Source: Halorussus ruber
GTDB taxonomy: Archaea; Halobacteriota; Halobacteria; Halobacteriales; Haladaptataceae
DNA length: 32,000 nt
Assembly: GCF_004765785.1 (NCBI RefSeq)
Contig: NZ_SBIT01000009.1
Span: 272,179 to 304,178 of the forward strand
Direction of reading: 5' to 3'
A program made the translations under genes and the position numbers. The notes below the pieces were generated by a model. The model saw only the letters and a list, made by a program, of their open reading frames with translations. It was not told the DNA's origin and ran no database searches. This document shows positions 9,077 through 17,085 of this stretch, piece after piece. Position 1 is the first letter of the stretch. Each line of letters begins with the position of its first letter.

Positions 9077-9502
9077 ATGAAACTAAAAGCACTCTTCGAA
9101 GACGACGGCGCGGTCTCGCCCGTCATCGGCGTCATCCTGATGGTGGCGATTACGGTGATTCTGGCGGCCGTGATTGGTACGTTCGTGTTGGGTCTTGGAA
9201 ACGAAGTTCAACAGACAGCACCGCAGTCAAGTTTCTCGTTTGACTACGATGGTTCCGATTTGACTATCACTCACGATGGCGGTGACACCATCAAGTCGAA
9301 CGTGTTGTACATTCGGGGATCGGTCGATGAAACCGGAAAATGGCAATCAGTCAGCGACGACGGTGGTACGGGCTATGATGTCTCTGCTGGCGACACCGTA
9401 AAAGTTGGTGCTGGCGATTCCGATACAGCGCGTGTCGTTTGGGAATCGTCGAATGGTGACAACTCTGCAACCCTCTCGGAGTGGGAAGGTCCTAACGCCT
9501 AA
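9077..9502 (+). CDS. archaeal type IV pilin-like protein (DUF1628-type class III signal peptide)
   Basis: MKLKALFEDDGAVSPVIGVILMVAITVILAAVIGTFVLGLG is the canonical archaeal prepilin N-terminus. ATG 9077 is preferred over the ORF-track start at 9050. Confidence 0.85.
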   Translation: MKLKALFEDDGAVSPVIGVILMVAITVILAAVIGTFVLGLGNEVQQTAPQSSFSFDYDGSDLTITHDGGDTIKSNVLYIRGSVDETGKWQSVSDDGGTGYDVSAGDTVKVGAGDSDTARVVWESSNGDNSATLSEWEGPNA

Positions 9503-9517
9503 TCAGAGAGTCGAACC

Positions 9518-9985
9518 ATGAAACTAAAAGCACTCTTTGAAGACGACAGCGCGGTTTCGCCAGTCATCGGCGTCATCCTGATGGTGGCGATTACGGTGAT
9601 TCTGGCGGCCGTGATTGGAACGTTTGTCCTTGGACTTGGGCAAAATATCCAATCTACTGCGCCACAGGCGAGCTTCTCATTCGAGTTCCAGCAAGACGCT
9701 GCTGCGAACAACAATGCGATTGTCTCCATTATTCACGATGGAGGTGACACTCTTGAAGGTGGCCAACTGACAACGAAGGTCGACGGAGACGCTGTCAGTT
9801 CAAGTAGCGACTTCAGCTATAAGGACGGTGACGCGTGGGGTAGCGAAATCGCTGCCGGTTCGACCGAGAAAGTCGTGAAAACTGGAACTGGCACGGACTG
9901 GAGCGGAGAGACTGTCGAAGTGATTTGGAAGAGCGATTCCGGCGAGAACTCTGCAACCGTCGGCGAATCGACTGCACCGAACTAA
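9518..9985 (+). CDS. archaeal type IV pilin-like protein, tandem paralog
   Basis: MKLKALFEDDSAVSPVIGVILMVAITVILAAVIGTFVLGLG. The 5' region of about 110 nt is nearly identical to the upstream gene, with a 56-bp perfect block. The C-terminal (W/I)xSxxGxNSAT motif is shared. Confidence 0.85.
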   Translation: MKLKALFEDDSAVSPVIGVILMVAITVILAAVIGTFVLGLGQNIQSTAPQASFSFEFQQDAAANNNAIVSIIHDGGDTLEGGQLTTKVDGDAVSSSSDFSYKDGDAWGSEIAAGSTEKVVKTGTGTDWSGETVEVIWKSDSGENSATVGESTAPN

Positions 9986-9997
9986 TCCGCTTGCGAC

Positions 9998-10010
9998 TTT
10001 TTCGATTTTT
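9998..10010 (+). terminator. oligo-T terminator candidate after the pilin pair
   Basis: Two T5 runs (GACTTTTTCGATTTTTCG) lie 13-25 nt after the stop at 9985. Archaeal termination commonly uses oligo-T. Confidence 0.45.
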
Positions 10011-10358
10011 CGTGCCTCACTTCATCACCACTCCCAAATCTACGCGACACTCCGGAAACAATCCTCTACAATCTTCTAAATCAAACTTCTATTGCTAAAA
10101 CAAACAAAAACAATTCTCTAAACCTCTACTTCACCACTCGCCAGAAACAGCACGTGGTCGCCTACGTCCTCCACGGCGTCCATCGCGGCGTCGAGCGTCA
10201 GCACCAACTCGCGGACGACCACCGCCTCGGAGGTCGGATGCGCCTCGAACGCCGCCGCGAGCGCGTCGTATCAGGCCGTCGCACTCGCTTCCGAGGAGCG
10301 CCGACCCAAACCGACCGGTTCCCGAAGGTTAATTTCCTACTCCCCGGTAGTTCGAGGC

Positions 10359-11510
10359 GTGTTCCCCGACATCGCGTATCTCGACTGGATTTTCGGACGG
10401 CCCGAACGCGCGGAGTTCGACCTCGGGTCGTCGGACTTACGCCGCGCGCCCGCCGAACCGAACGAGGTCGTTCCGCCCGCGCTCGCTGGCACGACGACGC
10501 CGGAGGAGACCGTCGAGGGCCTCCTCGCCGAGGAGTACGGCGTCGGACCCGAGAACGTCCTCGTGACGGCGGGCGCGACCCACGCCAACTTCCTCGCCGC
10601 GGCGGCCGCCCTCTCGAAGGCCGACGCCGAGGCGGCGGACGCCGAGGGCGACGAGACGGGCGGCACCGAGGCGACTGACGCCGAAGCCTCCGCGACCCAT
10701 CGCGTGCTGGTCGAGAAACCCGGCTACGAACCCCTGCTGGCGACCCCGGAGGGACTGGGCGCAACCGTGGACCGGTTCCGCCGCCCGCCCGAGGAGGGCC
10801 ACCCGCTCGACCCCGACAGGGTGTCTGCCGCCCTGCTCGAGGACACCGTCCTCGTGACGGTCACGAACCGCCACAACCCGAGCGGTCGGCGCGTCGGCCG
10901 CGAGGACCTCGCGGCGGTCGCTCGCGCCGCTGGCGACGGCGGCGCGTCCCTCCTCGTGGACGAGGTCTACGCTCCCTTCGGTGACGAACCGACGGACGGT
11001 CCCTTCGGCGGTCCCTCGGCGGCCGGACTGCCGAACACGGTCGTCACGAACTCGCTCACCAAGTTCCTCGGCTTCGGCGGGATTCGCCTCGGCTGGCTGG
11101 TCGCCGACGCCGACTTCGTGGACCGCGCCCGGTCGGTCCGGAACCACGTCCCCGCGGTCGCGGAGCCGAGCAGGCGACTCGCCCGCCGGGCGCTCGCCGA
11201 CGCCGACCGACTCGGCGTCGAGTCCCGCGAGCGCATCCGGGCCAACCGCGAGAGTCTGGCCGAGTTCGCCGACAGCCGCGGTGACCTCACCGAGCGCGTC
11301 GAACCCGGTTGCACCTACGCCTTCCTGCGCCACGAGTCGGCCGACGGCGACGAAGTCGTCCGGGCGGCGTGGGACGAAGGCGTGCTGGTCGTCCCCGGCC
11401 GGTTCTTCGACGCCCCGGATAGCTTCCGAATCAGTGCCTGCGGGCGACCGAGTACGGTCCGGGCCGGACTCGACCGACTCGGGGGCGTGCTTGACTCGCT
11501 CGCCGAGTAG
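10359..11510 (+). CDS. PLP-dependent aminotransferase, class I/II
   Basis: 383 aa. NRHNPSGR and LLVDEVYAPF motifs, with NSLTKFLGFGGIRLGW holding the PLP-lysine. An acidic insertion is present. GTG start with a TTAATTT TATA-like element about 25 nt upstream. Confidence 0.85.
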   Translation: MFPDIAYLDWIFGRPERAEFDLGSSDLRRAPAEPNEVVPPALAGTTTPEETVEGLLAEEYGVGPENVLVTAGATHANFLAAAAALSKADAEAADAEGDETGGTEATDAEASATHRVLVEKPGYEPLLATPEGLGATVDRFRRPPEEGHPLDPDRVSAALLEDTVLVTVTNRHNPSGRRVGREDLAAVARAAGDGGASLLVDEVYAPFGDEPTDGPFGGPSAAGLPNTVVTNSLTKFLGFGGIRLGWLVADADFVDRARSVRNHVPAVAEPSRRLARRALADADRLGVESRERIRANRESLAEFADSRGDLTERVEPGCTYAFLRHESADGDEVVRAAWDEGVLVVPGRFFDAPDSFRISACGRPSTVRAGLDRLGGVLDSLAE

Positions 11511-11549
11511 ACCGCGAGGTCCGGAAAAAGCACGATGGTGTGCGGGGCG

Positions 11550-11810
11550 TCACGCCGACCGGACGACTTGCAGTGCGCCCAATCCGACCTGCAACAGCGC
11601 GACCATCCCGGCCAGCGTGACGAAAATCGCCCAGAGGACGTTCGCCAACTCGTCGTCGAACACCGCCAGATTCGCGTAGGCGAGTCCCAAAAGTACGCCG
11701 ACCGCGGCGACTCCCTTCAGTATCCAGAAGTTTCTCGTGACCCAGTTCCCCTGCGTGTCCACGTCTTGATTGCTCTGTGGGCTGTCAATTCCGCCAGACA
11801 TGTTAGCCAT
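11550..11810 (-). CDS. small two-helix membrane protein
   Basis: 86 aa, ATG start. Two hydrophobic spans: WILKGVAAVGVLLGLAYANLAV and VLWAIFVTLAGMVALLQVGLGAL. Confidence 0.55.
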   Translation of the reverse strand: MANMSGGIDSPQSNQDVDTQGNWVTRNFWILKGVAAVGVLLGLAYANLAVFDDELANVLWAIFVTLAGMVALLQVGLGALQVVRSA

Positions 11811-11975
11811 TAGTCACGAAGTCTGAAAAGATCCGTGTCAGTCAGTGACAGGGACGAAGTGGCAGGGGCGAAGTGATAGCGACGAGTTCCGGGCAGCCCC
11901 GTCTCTCGAATCCGGGTGTCAGTTTCGGGGGGAGTCTGCCAAAAGTTAAGACCCACCGATACCATCGTTGCCCAC

Positions 11976-12269
11976 ATGGACGGAACTCCGCAGGAGATTA
12001 CGAACTTGGTCGGCCGGGAGGTGTACTCTAACAACGGCGTCTTCGTCGGGGAAGTCGAGGACGTTCGATTGAACGTGGACGCCTGTACCGTCACGGGCCT
12101 CGCGCTCGGCGAACTCAACCGCGAGTTGTTCTCGGACGTGGTTGGCGGCGAGAACGGCGTGATGATTCCGTATCGGTGGGTACGCGCCGTCGGCGACGTT
12201 GTCCTCATCAACGACACCATCGAGCGCCTCCGTCAGCCAGACGCTGACGAGGAAGATATCGCGGTCTGA
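11976..12269 (+). CDS. PRC-barrel domain protein
   Basis: LVGREVYSNNGVFVGEVEDVRLNVD...IPYRWVRAVGDVVLIND is the typical PRC-barrel pattern. ATG 11976 is preferred over the ORF-track start at 11916. Confidence 0.8.
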   Translation: MDGTPQEITNLVGREVYSNNGVFVGEVEDVRLNVDACTVTGLALGELNRELFSDVVGGENGVMIPYRWVRAVGDVVLINDTIERLRQPDADEEDIAV

Positions 12270-12435
12270 ATCGGGATTTGGGGATTCGCGGGTTTCGAGG
12301 ATTTTCGATTTCCGAGTTTTCTGACGACAGATAGTGACTACTGGCAGTTTCGGGGAATAGTTAGTTTAGTTTCCGGAGGGGGGAGCTAGCTACTGCCGAA
12401 ACCGAGGAGGACCGCACCGCAACCGCCCCGCGACA

Positions 12436-12588
12436 ACCTCACACCTCCCCAGCCTCCTCGCTCGCTCCTTTCAGTCGCTCACTCGTCCACCGTCAGAGGC
12501 AAGCTCTGACGAGCCTCACTTCGCTACGCTCAGCGAGACCTCGCACGAGGAGTGCGCGCAGTTCTGCGCGCACTCCCGCGCGCCGGAC
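12436..12588. repeat. 153-bp structured GC-rich repeat, copy A (inverted partner at 27951-28103)
   Basis: Manual reverse-complement comparison gives 153/153 identity. Internal hairpins are GGAGTGCGCGCAG/CTGCGCGCACTCC and GTCAGAG/CTCTGAC. Confidence 0.95.
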
Positions 12589-12639
12589 GAGCGAACGAGC
12601 GCCGGAGTAGAAGGTGAGAATGGAAATTCGCCCCGAAAA

Positions 12640-14208
12640 CTACCCGAAGTCCCCGAGCGAGACCTGCCCCTCGGGGTCCGAGTCGTCCGGGTGGTCGTCT
12701 GTCGAGTCGTCGGACAGGTTTGCTTCGGAATCGCCACCCGCGTCCGTCTCTTCGCCGCCGTCGTTCATCGCCAACTCGTCGGAGGCCTCGGCCGCCGCGT
12801 CCCACTCTCGGGCGAGCGACAACTGGCCGTCGGGGTCGGACTGCTCCATCGCGTCTGCTCTCTCGTCGCCGGAATCGCCGGAATCGCCGGAATCGCCGGA
12901 GTCGCCGGAATCGCCGGAGTCGCCGGTTCCGCCCCCCGAGGTCTCCCACCCCTCGCCGAGCGAGCGTTGCTCGTCGTCGCTCTCGGCGACGCCCTCGGTG
13001 TCCTCGTCGCCGGACTCCGCGGACTCCCACCCGTCGCCGAGACTCGCCTGCTCGCCCGCCGCGAACGAGAGGTTCGAGACGCGGACGCCGACTTTCCGGA
13101 CCTCGACGCCGTCGAACTCCGAGAAGAGTTCGAGCGCGACCTCCTCGACCAGTTCCGGTTCGTCCACCGGACCGGGCAAGGACTTCGCCCGGGTGTTCAC
13201 GTCGTAGGGCGGCGTCACGGCCTTGATACCGATGGTCTGATAGAGCGCCCCCTTCCGGCTCGCGCGGTCGGCCACCGCCTCGGCGAGGGTCCGAATCTGG
13301 TCGCGCTTCTGCTCGTCGTCGTCGGTGGCCTCGGTGAAGGCCGATTCGCGCGAGAGGCTCTTGGGTCGGCCGGTGGGCGTGACCTCGCGCTGGTCCTCGC
13401 CCCGAGCGCGGCGGTGCATCTCCGCGCCGCGCTCGCCGAACTGCTCGGTCAGTTCCCCGCGGTCGGCCTCGGCGAGGTCGCCCGCGGTCTCGATGCCCAA
13501 CTCCTTCAGTTCGCGGGCCGTGACCGGGCCGACGCCGTGAATCTCGCCCACGTCGAGGGGCGCGAGGAAGTCACGGACCTCGCCGGGTTCGATTACCACG
13601 AGGCCGTCGGGCTTGTCGTGGTCGCTGGCGATTTTCGCGGCCGACATGTTCGGCGCGACGCCGACGCTGGCGGTGACGCCCACCTCGCGGTCGATGCGGT
13701 GCTTGACGTGGCGTGCGAACCCCTCGGCGACTTCCCACGCGGTTCGGTCGGTCACGTCGAGGTACGCCTCGTCGATGCTAACCTCGCGCACTACGTCGGC
13801 CGAGTCGTGGAGGATTTCCTTGACCTCCGAACTGACCGCCTCGTAGTAGTCCATATCCACCGGGCGGTAGTAGCCCGCGTCGTCGGCCGCTTGCCCTTCT
13901 TCTCCAACCTCGGCTTTCCGGGGCAGTCGCTCCAGCGCGGTCGAGATGGCCTGTGCGCTGTCGACGCCGTACTCGCGGGCCTCGTAGCTCGCGGTGGCGA
14001 CCGCGCCGTGGGTCTCGCCACCTTCATAGCCCATCCCGACCACGACCGGTTCGCCCTCCAGCTTCGGCTCTCTGCGGCGCTCGCAGGCCGCGTAGAAGCA
14101 GTCCATGTCCACATGGAGGACGATGGGGTCGGCGTCCTCCGTACTTCTCCCACGAGGGCTCTCATCGGACCAGCGACCCAGTTCACCGTCTCGTTTCGAG
14201 GGCTTCAT
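12640..14208 (-). CDS. dinB: Y-family DNA polymerase IV (DinB/Dbh) with a long acidic C-terminal extension
   Basis: IVLHVDMDCFYAACERRREP, ASYEAREYGV, SIDEAYLDVT, GVAPNMSAAKIASDHDKPDG and IHGVGPVTARELKELGI motifs. About 140 extra acidic residues follow VRVSNLSF. Confidence 0.93.
   Translation of the reverse strand: MKPSKRDGELGRWSDESPRGRSTEDADPIVLHVDMDCFYAACERRREPKLEGEPVVVGMGYEGGETHGAVATASYEAREYGVDSAQAISTALERLPRKAEVGEEGQAADDAGYYRPVDMDYYEAVSSEVKEILHDSADVVREVSIDEAYLDVTDRTAWEVAEGFARHVKHRIDREVGVTASVGVAPNMSAAKIASDHDKPDGLVVIEPGEVRDFLAPLDVGEIHGVGPVTARELKELGIETAGDLAEADRGELTEQFGERGAEMHRRARGEDQREVTPTGRPKSLSRESAFTEATDDDEQKRDQIRTLAEAVADRASRKGALYQTIGIKAVTPPYDVNTRAKSLPGPVDEPELVEEVALELFSEFDGVEVRKVGVRVSNLSFAAGEQASLGDGWESAESGDEDTEGVAESDDEQRSLGEGWETSGGGTGDSGDSGDSGDSGDSGDSGDERADAMEQSDPDGQLSLAREWDAAAEASDELAMNDGGEETDAGGDSEANLSDDSTDDHPDDSDPEGQVSLGDFG
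12865..12927 (-). repeat. 9-bp tandem repeat (7 units) inside dinB, encoding a (GDS)n tract
   Basis: (G/A)TCGCCGGA repeated from 12865 to 12927. The minus-strand translation is TGDSGDSGDSGDSGDSGDSGDE. Confidence 0.9.
14066..14131. repeat. direct repeat copy 1 (dinB 5' coding segment)
   Basis: 66 bp with 4 mismatches versus 15548-15613. The perfect 42-bp core is 14071-14112. Confidence 0.9.
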
Positions 14209-14424
14209 AAGTGCATACCTATGACCGAACTCGGACCTATCACGTCAAGAGACGCATTGGAAATATACCCTGAAGACGTTTCTGATGAACTCTCACCGAG
14301 GACGACGAAAACAGCTTCTGACTGGTTTATTTCTTCAAATCCTCGGTGACGGGGAATAACAGTTAGGACATGAATACATAGATCACTTTTTATTTAGTAG
14401 GTGTACATCGGAAAAGCGGCCAGA

Positions 14425-15330
14425 TTAATGTGTCTCGTCTTCCAAGAGATCAACCTGGAGGTCTGCAACTGCTGCTAATCGTTTTAATGAATATTCTAAT
14501 CGTTCAACCATTCTTTTAAGCTTTTTCCGTTCTCTCCTAAATAACTCCTCTTGAGTGTTGGAGAACGACTGAGTCTGGCCATTAAGCACTCTCTCAAGGA
14601 AGGCCTCAATATCGTCAATCGGTCGTATGCGTTCGAATACGTCTATAATGGCTTCTCTCGTTTCCTCGTCGGCATAGAGATGGGTACTCTCCTGAAGAAC
14701 CTCTCGGAGAGATTCAGTATTCAGCAGATGGAAATCGGGTGGAGAGTCGCCGTGAACTTCCACTACCTGACTTGGGGGATTAACTGCATTGTGGAACCGA
14801 TCTATCTCTATCTCTAACTGACGAATAGCCTGCTGGTATCGATCCTGTTCCACGAACATGGCTTCCATTTGCTCACGGCTCATCGGTTCTTTGCGGTCGT
14901 TGATACGGACATAGATTGCAGAATCTCCTGTGAGAACTGGCTTTCTGGTTGCTTCGTGTACCCTTACCACCAGACCAATACGGTCAGTATTAGCACTCGG
15001 TGCCTGAATTGGATCGGAAATCTTTGTTTCTACAACAGGGGTAGTGTTTTGAACAAGTCGAGTAACGGACTGCTTCACCTCGTGTTCTGGCGGCTCAAAA
15101 GGCGACGGACCGCCATCATCGTTCACACCGAAAACGAGGATACCGCCGCTCGCGTTTGCAAATGCAGTGATTTCGCGTTCTAAACTCCTCTTCCACTTGT
15201 CTTTGGATTCTTCGTTTTTCGCATGGAGTTTTTCCTTGTATTCAAGGTACTGACCTTCAGACTGGTTTGAGAGAGAATTAAGTGTCTCCCACGACCACTC
15301 ATTTACGTCAGTCGGAAAGGGTAGATCCAT
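14425..15330 (-). CDS. AlbA_2 (Schlafen-like, putative DNA-binding) domain protein with a helical C-terminal half
   Basis: 301 aa. GQYLEYKEKL...LEREITAFANASGGILVFGVNDDG matches the AlbA_2 signature (E-x-K ... AFAN-x-GG-x-(L/I)-x-(F/I)-G-V). The C-terminal 170 aa are coiled-coil-like. Clearly AT-richer than neighbours. Confidence 0.75.
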   Translation of the reverse strand: MDLPFPTDVNEWSWETLNSLSNQSEGQYLEYKEKLHAKNEESKDKWKRSLEREITAFANASGGILVFGVNDDGGPSPFEPPEHEVKQSVTRLVQNTTPVVETKISDPIQAPSANTDRIGLVVRVHEATRKPVLTGDSAIYVRINDRKEPMSREQMEAMFVEQDRYQQAIRQLEIEIDRFHNAVNPPSQVVEVHGDSPPDFHLLNTESLREVLQESTHLYADEETREAIIDVFERIRPIDDIEAFLERVLNGQTQSFSNTQEELFRRERKKLKRMVERLEYSLKRLAAVADLQVDLLEDETH

Positions 15331-15546
15331 TACAGTAAGTGTTTTCTTTCACCTCCTAAGGCCTTGCTCTTCGTTGAGTGGTTTTGGTATCAGTAAAATT
15401 CTCCGCTACCTACTCCTATTCGAGTACCGATGTATTCAATTACATTGAAGTCCAAGACAGCGAGACGGCTAGACTGAAACGGTGGTCTAACGAGTGAATT
15501 TAAAACGCGGACGAGCCGAATTGTCGAACGAAACCCCGAGATTTCA

Positions 15547-15663
15547 TGGCTTTCTGCGGCGCTCGCAGGCCGCGTAGAAGCAGTCCATGTCCACGGGGAG
15601 GACGATTGGGTCGCCACTCTCCTCGTCGGGCGTTCCGGGGAGGCGCGACCCGTCGGCAGTCAT
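15547..15663 (-). pseudogene. stranded 5' stub of a dinB gene (39 codons)
   Basis: MTADGSRLPGTPDEESGDPIVLPVDMDCFYAACERRRKP then stop. It duplicates the DinB N-terminal catalytic motif but has a different N-terminus from the intact gene. Confidence 0.75.
15548..15613. repeat. direct repeat copy 2 (dinB 5' coding segment)
   Basis: Offset of exactly 1482 bp from copy 1. The perfect 42-bp core is 15553-15594. Confidence 0.9.
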
Positions 15664-15830
15664 CGTCCGGGGTTGGGAAACGAGGCGGGGTGAACTACCC
15701 CACCTTACTCGCTCACCGCTGACGCGGTTCGCTCGGTGAGGGTGGGGCTTCCTGTTTCCACGACGCGCTTTGCAGATACGGGTGTATCCGCAGGGAGCGC
15801 AGTCTCCACAGGCATTGATTCGGAGTGTCC
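15664..15830 (-). ncRNA. candidate omega-RNA (TnpB guide RNA scaffold) spanning the tnpB 3' end
   Basis: Nested stems span the tnpB stop: CCCCACC (15698-15704)/GGTGGGG (15741-15747) enclose CTCACCG/CGGTGAG. A competing GGGGT/ACCCC stem lies at 15686-15700. The minus strand shows the GAAGCCCC...GGGGTAGTTCAC pattern. Ends are not determined. Confidence 0.4.
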
Positions 15831-16934
15831 CACTCCTACGTCTTCGAGACCGCGAGAAAGAATGTTCCGCGCCGCATTCGCGTCTCTGTCTGCCTCGAAC
15901 CCACACGTCGGACACGAATGCTCGCGGACCCAGAGCGGTTTGTCCGTCTCTGTTCCGCACGATGTGCATTCTTTGGTCGTGCCTCGGGGGTCTACGGCAA
16001 CGAAGTGCGTTTCTTCGCGCTTACATTTGTATTCGAGCATTCGGAGGAACGTCCCCCACGAGGCTCCGGCTCGGTTCCGAGAGTTTCCGGGGAGTTCGAC
16101 CAAGCCCTTCGCGTCCAAGTCCTCAACGGCCACCAAGTCGTATTCTCGGGCGTAGTAGTTCGACAACTTGTGGAGAAAATCTTGACGCTTCCGCTTCAGG
16201 TCGGCGTGGCGTTGAGCGACTGTCTTGCGTTGTTTCTCCCAGTTGTTCGAGCCGTGTTCTTTCCGCGAAAGTTCGCGTTGGGCGCGTTCCAACCGTTCGC
16301 GCTCGTCGGAGAAGTCTGGCGACTTGACGGCTGTTCCATCAGTATCGTGTGCGAACTTCAGGATACCAACGTCAATCCCGACGACTCGCTCCGGACTCTC
16401 CGGTTTCTCGGGCGTGGCTTCGTCCACGTCGATACCGAACGTGGCGAACCACTCGCCCGTGGGTTCTTGCTTGACCGTGACCTGTTTGATGGTCGCGTTC
16501 TCGGGGATGTCGCGGTGGAGGTGAATCGGAATCTCACCGATTTTGCTCAACCATAGGACAGGCCGACCACTCGTATTCTTGAGTTCGAAGCCGGACTGGT
16601 TGTAGGTGAGCGACCGATACTCCCGAGGCGATTTCCACTTGAGCATTCCCACAGCACGCCCATTCTCCTTCTGTGCTTTGAGCGAGGAGAGGTTGTCGTA
16701 GACGCGCTTGACGACCATCTGCAACACTTTCGAGTGAACGTCTCCGAGGTCGTCCCACCACGATTTCAGGTCGGGAAGCGTCCCCTGTACCTTGTAGCGT
16801 GCTGGAATCTCGTCTGCCTCGTTGAGTTTGTAGAGGACGTGGTTATAGAGTTGCCGACAAGTATCGACGTGGTGCAGAAGCGTCTCGGTGAGGGTTTCTG
16901 GTGGGTCGAGTCGATACTTGTAGTTATAGTACAT
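15705..16934 (-). CDS. tnpB: IS200/IS605-family (IS1341-type) TnpB RNA-guided endonuclease
   Basis: 409 aa. RuvC-I GIDVG, RuvC-II AVEDL, zinc ribbon CTSCG...CPTCG, RuvC-III ADRDANAARNI. All catalytic motifs are intact. Confidence 0.93.
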   Translation of the reverse strand: MYYNYKYRLDPPETLTETLLHHVDTCRQLYNHVLYKLNEADEIPARYKVQGTLPDLKSWWDDLGDVHSKVLQMVVKRVYDNLSSLKAQKENGRAVGMLKWKSPREYRSLTYNQSGFELKNTSGRPVLWLSKIGEIPIHLHRDIPENATIKQVTVKQEPTGEWFATFGIDVDEATPEKPESPERVVGIDVGILKFAHDTDGTAVKSPDFSDERERLERAQRELSRKEHGSNNWEKQRKTVAQRHADLKRKRQDFLHKLSNYYAREYDLVAVEDLDAKGLVELPGNSRNRAGASWGTFLRMLEYKCKREETHFVAVDPRGTTKECTSCGTETDKPLWVREHSCPTCGFEADRDANAARNILSRGLEDVGVGHSESMPVETALPADTPVSAKRVVETGSPTLTERTASAVSE

Positions 16935-17060
16935 CTATGATTCTCGCTCTTCGATAAGTTCGTCCAGTTTCTCTTGGACGAACGAAGAGAGGTTCAGATG
17001 GTTGTCCTGAATCCACTCCTCTTGGTCGTCGCGGATAGAGATATTCTTTCGCGTTGTCAC
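16935..17060 (-). CDS. ribbon-helix-helix (CopG-like) micro-protein, about 41 aa
   Basis: VTTRKNISIRDDQEEWIQDNHLNLSSFVQEKLDELIEERES shows a beta strand followed by two helices. The TAG stop (16935-16937) directly abuts the tnpB ATG (16934). GTG 17060 lies about 21 nt after a TTATTTAC TATA-like box. The ORF-track TTG start at 17129 is less likely. Confidence 0.5.
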   Translation of the reverse strand: MTTRKNISIRDDQEEWIQDNHLNLSSFVQEKLDELIEERES

Positions 17061-17068
17061 AACATACT

Positions 17069-17085
17069 TTACATAACTTATGTAA
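17069..17085. promoter_or_regulatory. 17-bp perfect palindrome (TTACATAA-N-TTATGTAA) in the RHH/tnpB promoter region
   Basis: TTACATAACTTATGTAA read directly. It lies between the TATA-like TTATTTAC and the GTG start of the RHH ORF, making it a candidate operator. Confidence 0.45.

Noticed and set aside
10119-10271. Minus-strand fragment reading YDALAAAFEAHPTSEAVVVRELVLTLDAAMDAVEDVGDHVLFLASGEVEV
   Set aside because: It looks protein-like, but the frame opens directly after a stop codon and has no ATG near its 5' end; its only ATG lies about 20 codons from the 3' end, and an internal GTG would give just 34 aa. It may be a gene remnant or a micro-ORF, but support is too weak to call.
12691-14349. 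552-aa plus-strand ORF, plus other long antisense ORFs (19706..20920, 21476..22936, 26495..27550, 30519..31481, 31478..31948)
   Set aside because: Each is antisense to a gene with clear family motifs (dinB, a membrane protein, guaB, the DHH gene, the HerA-like gene, the CBS gene). Each has the R/G/V/D-rich composition of GC-rich shadow frames.
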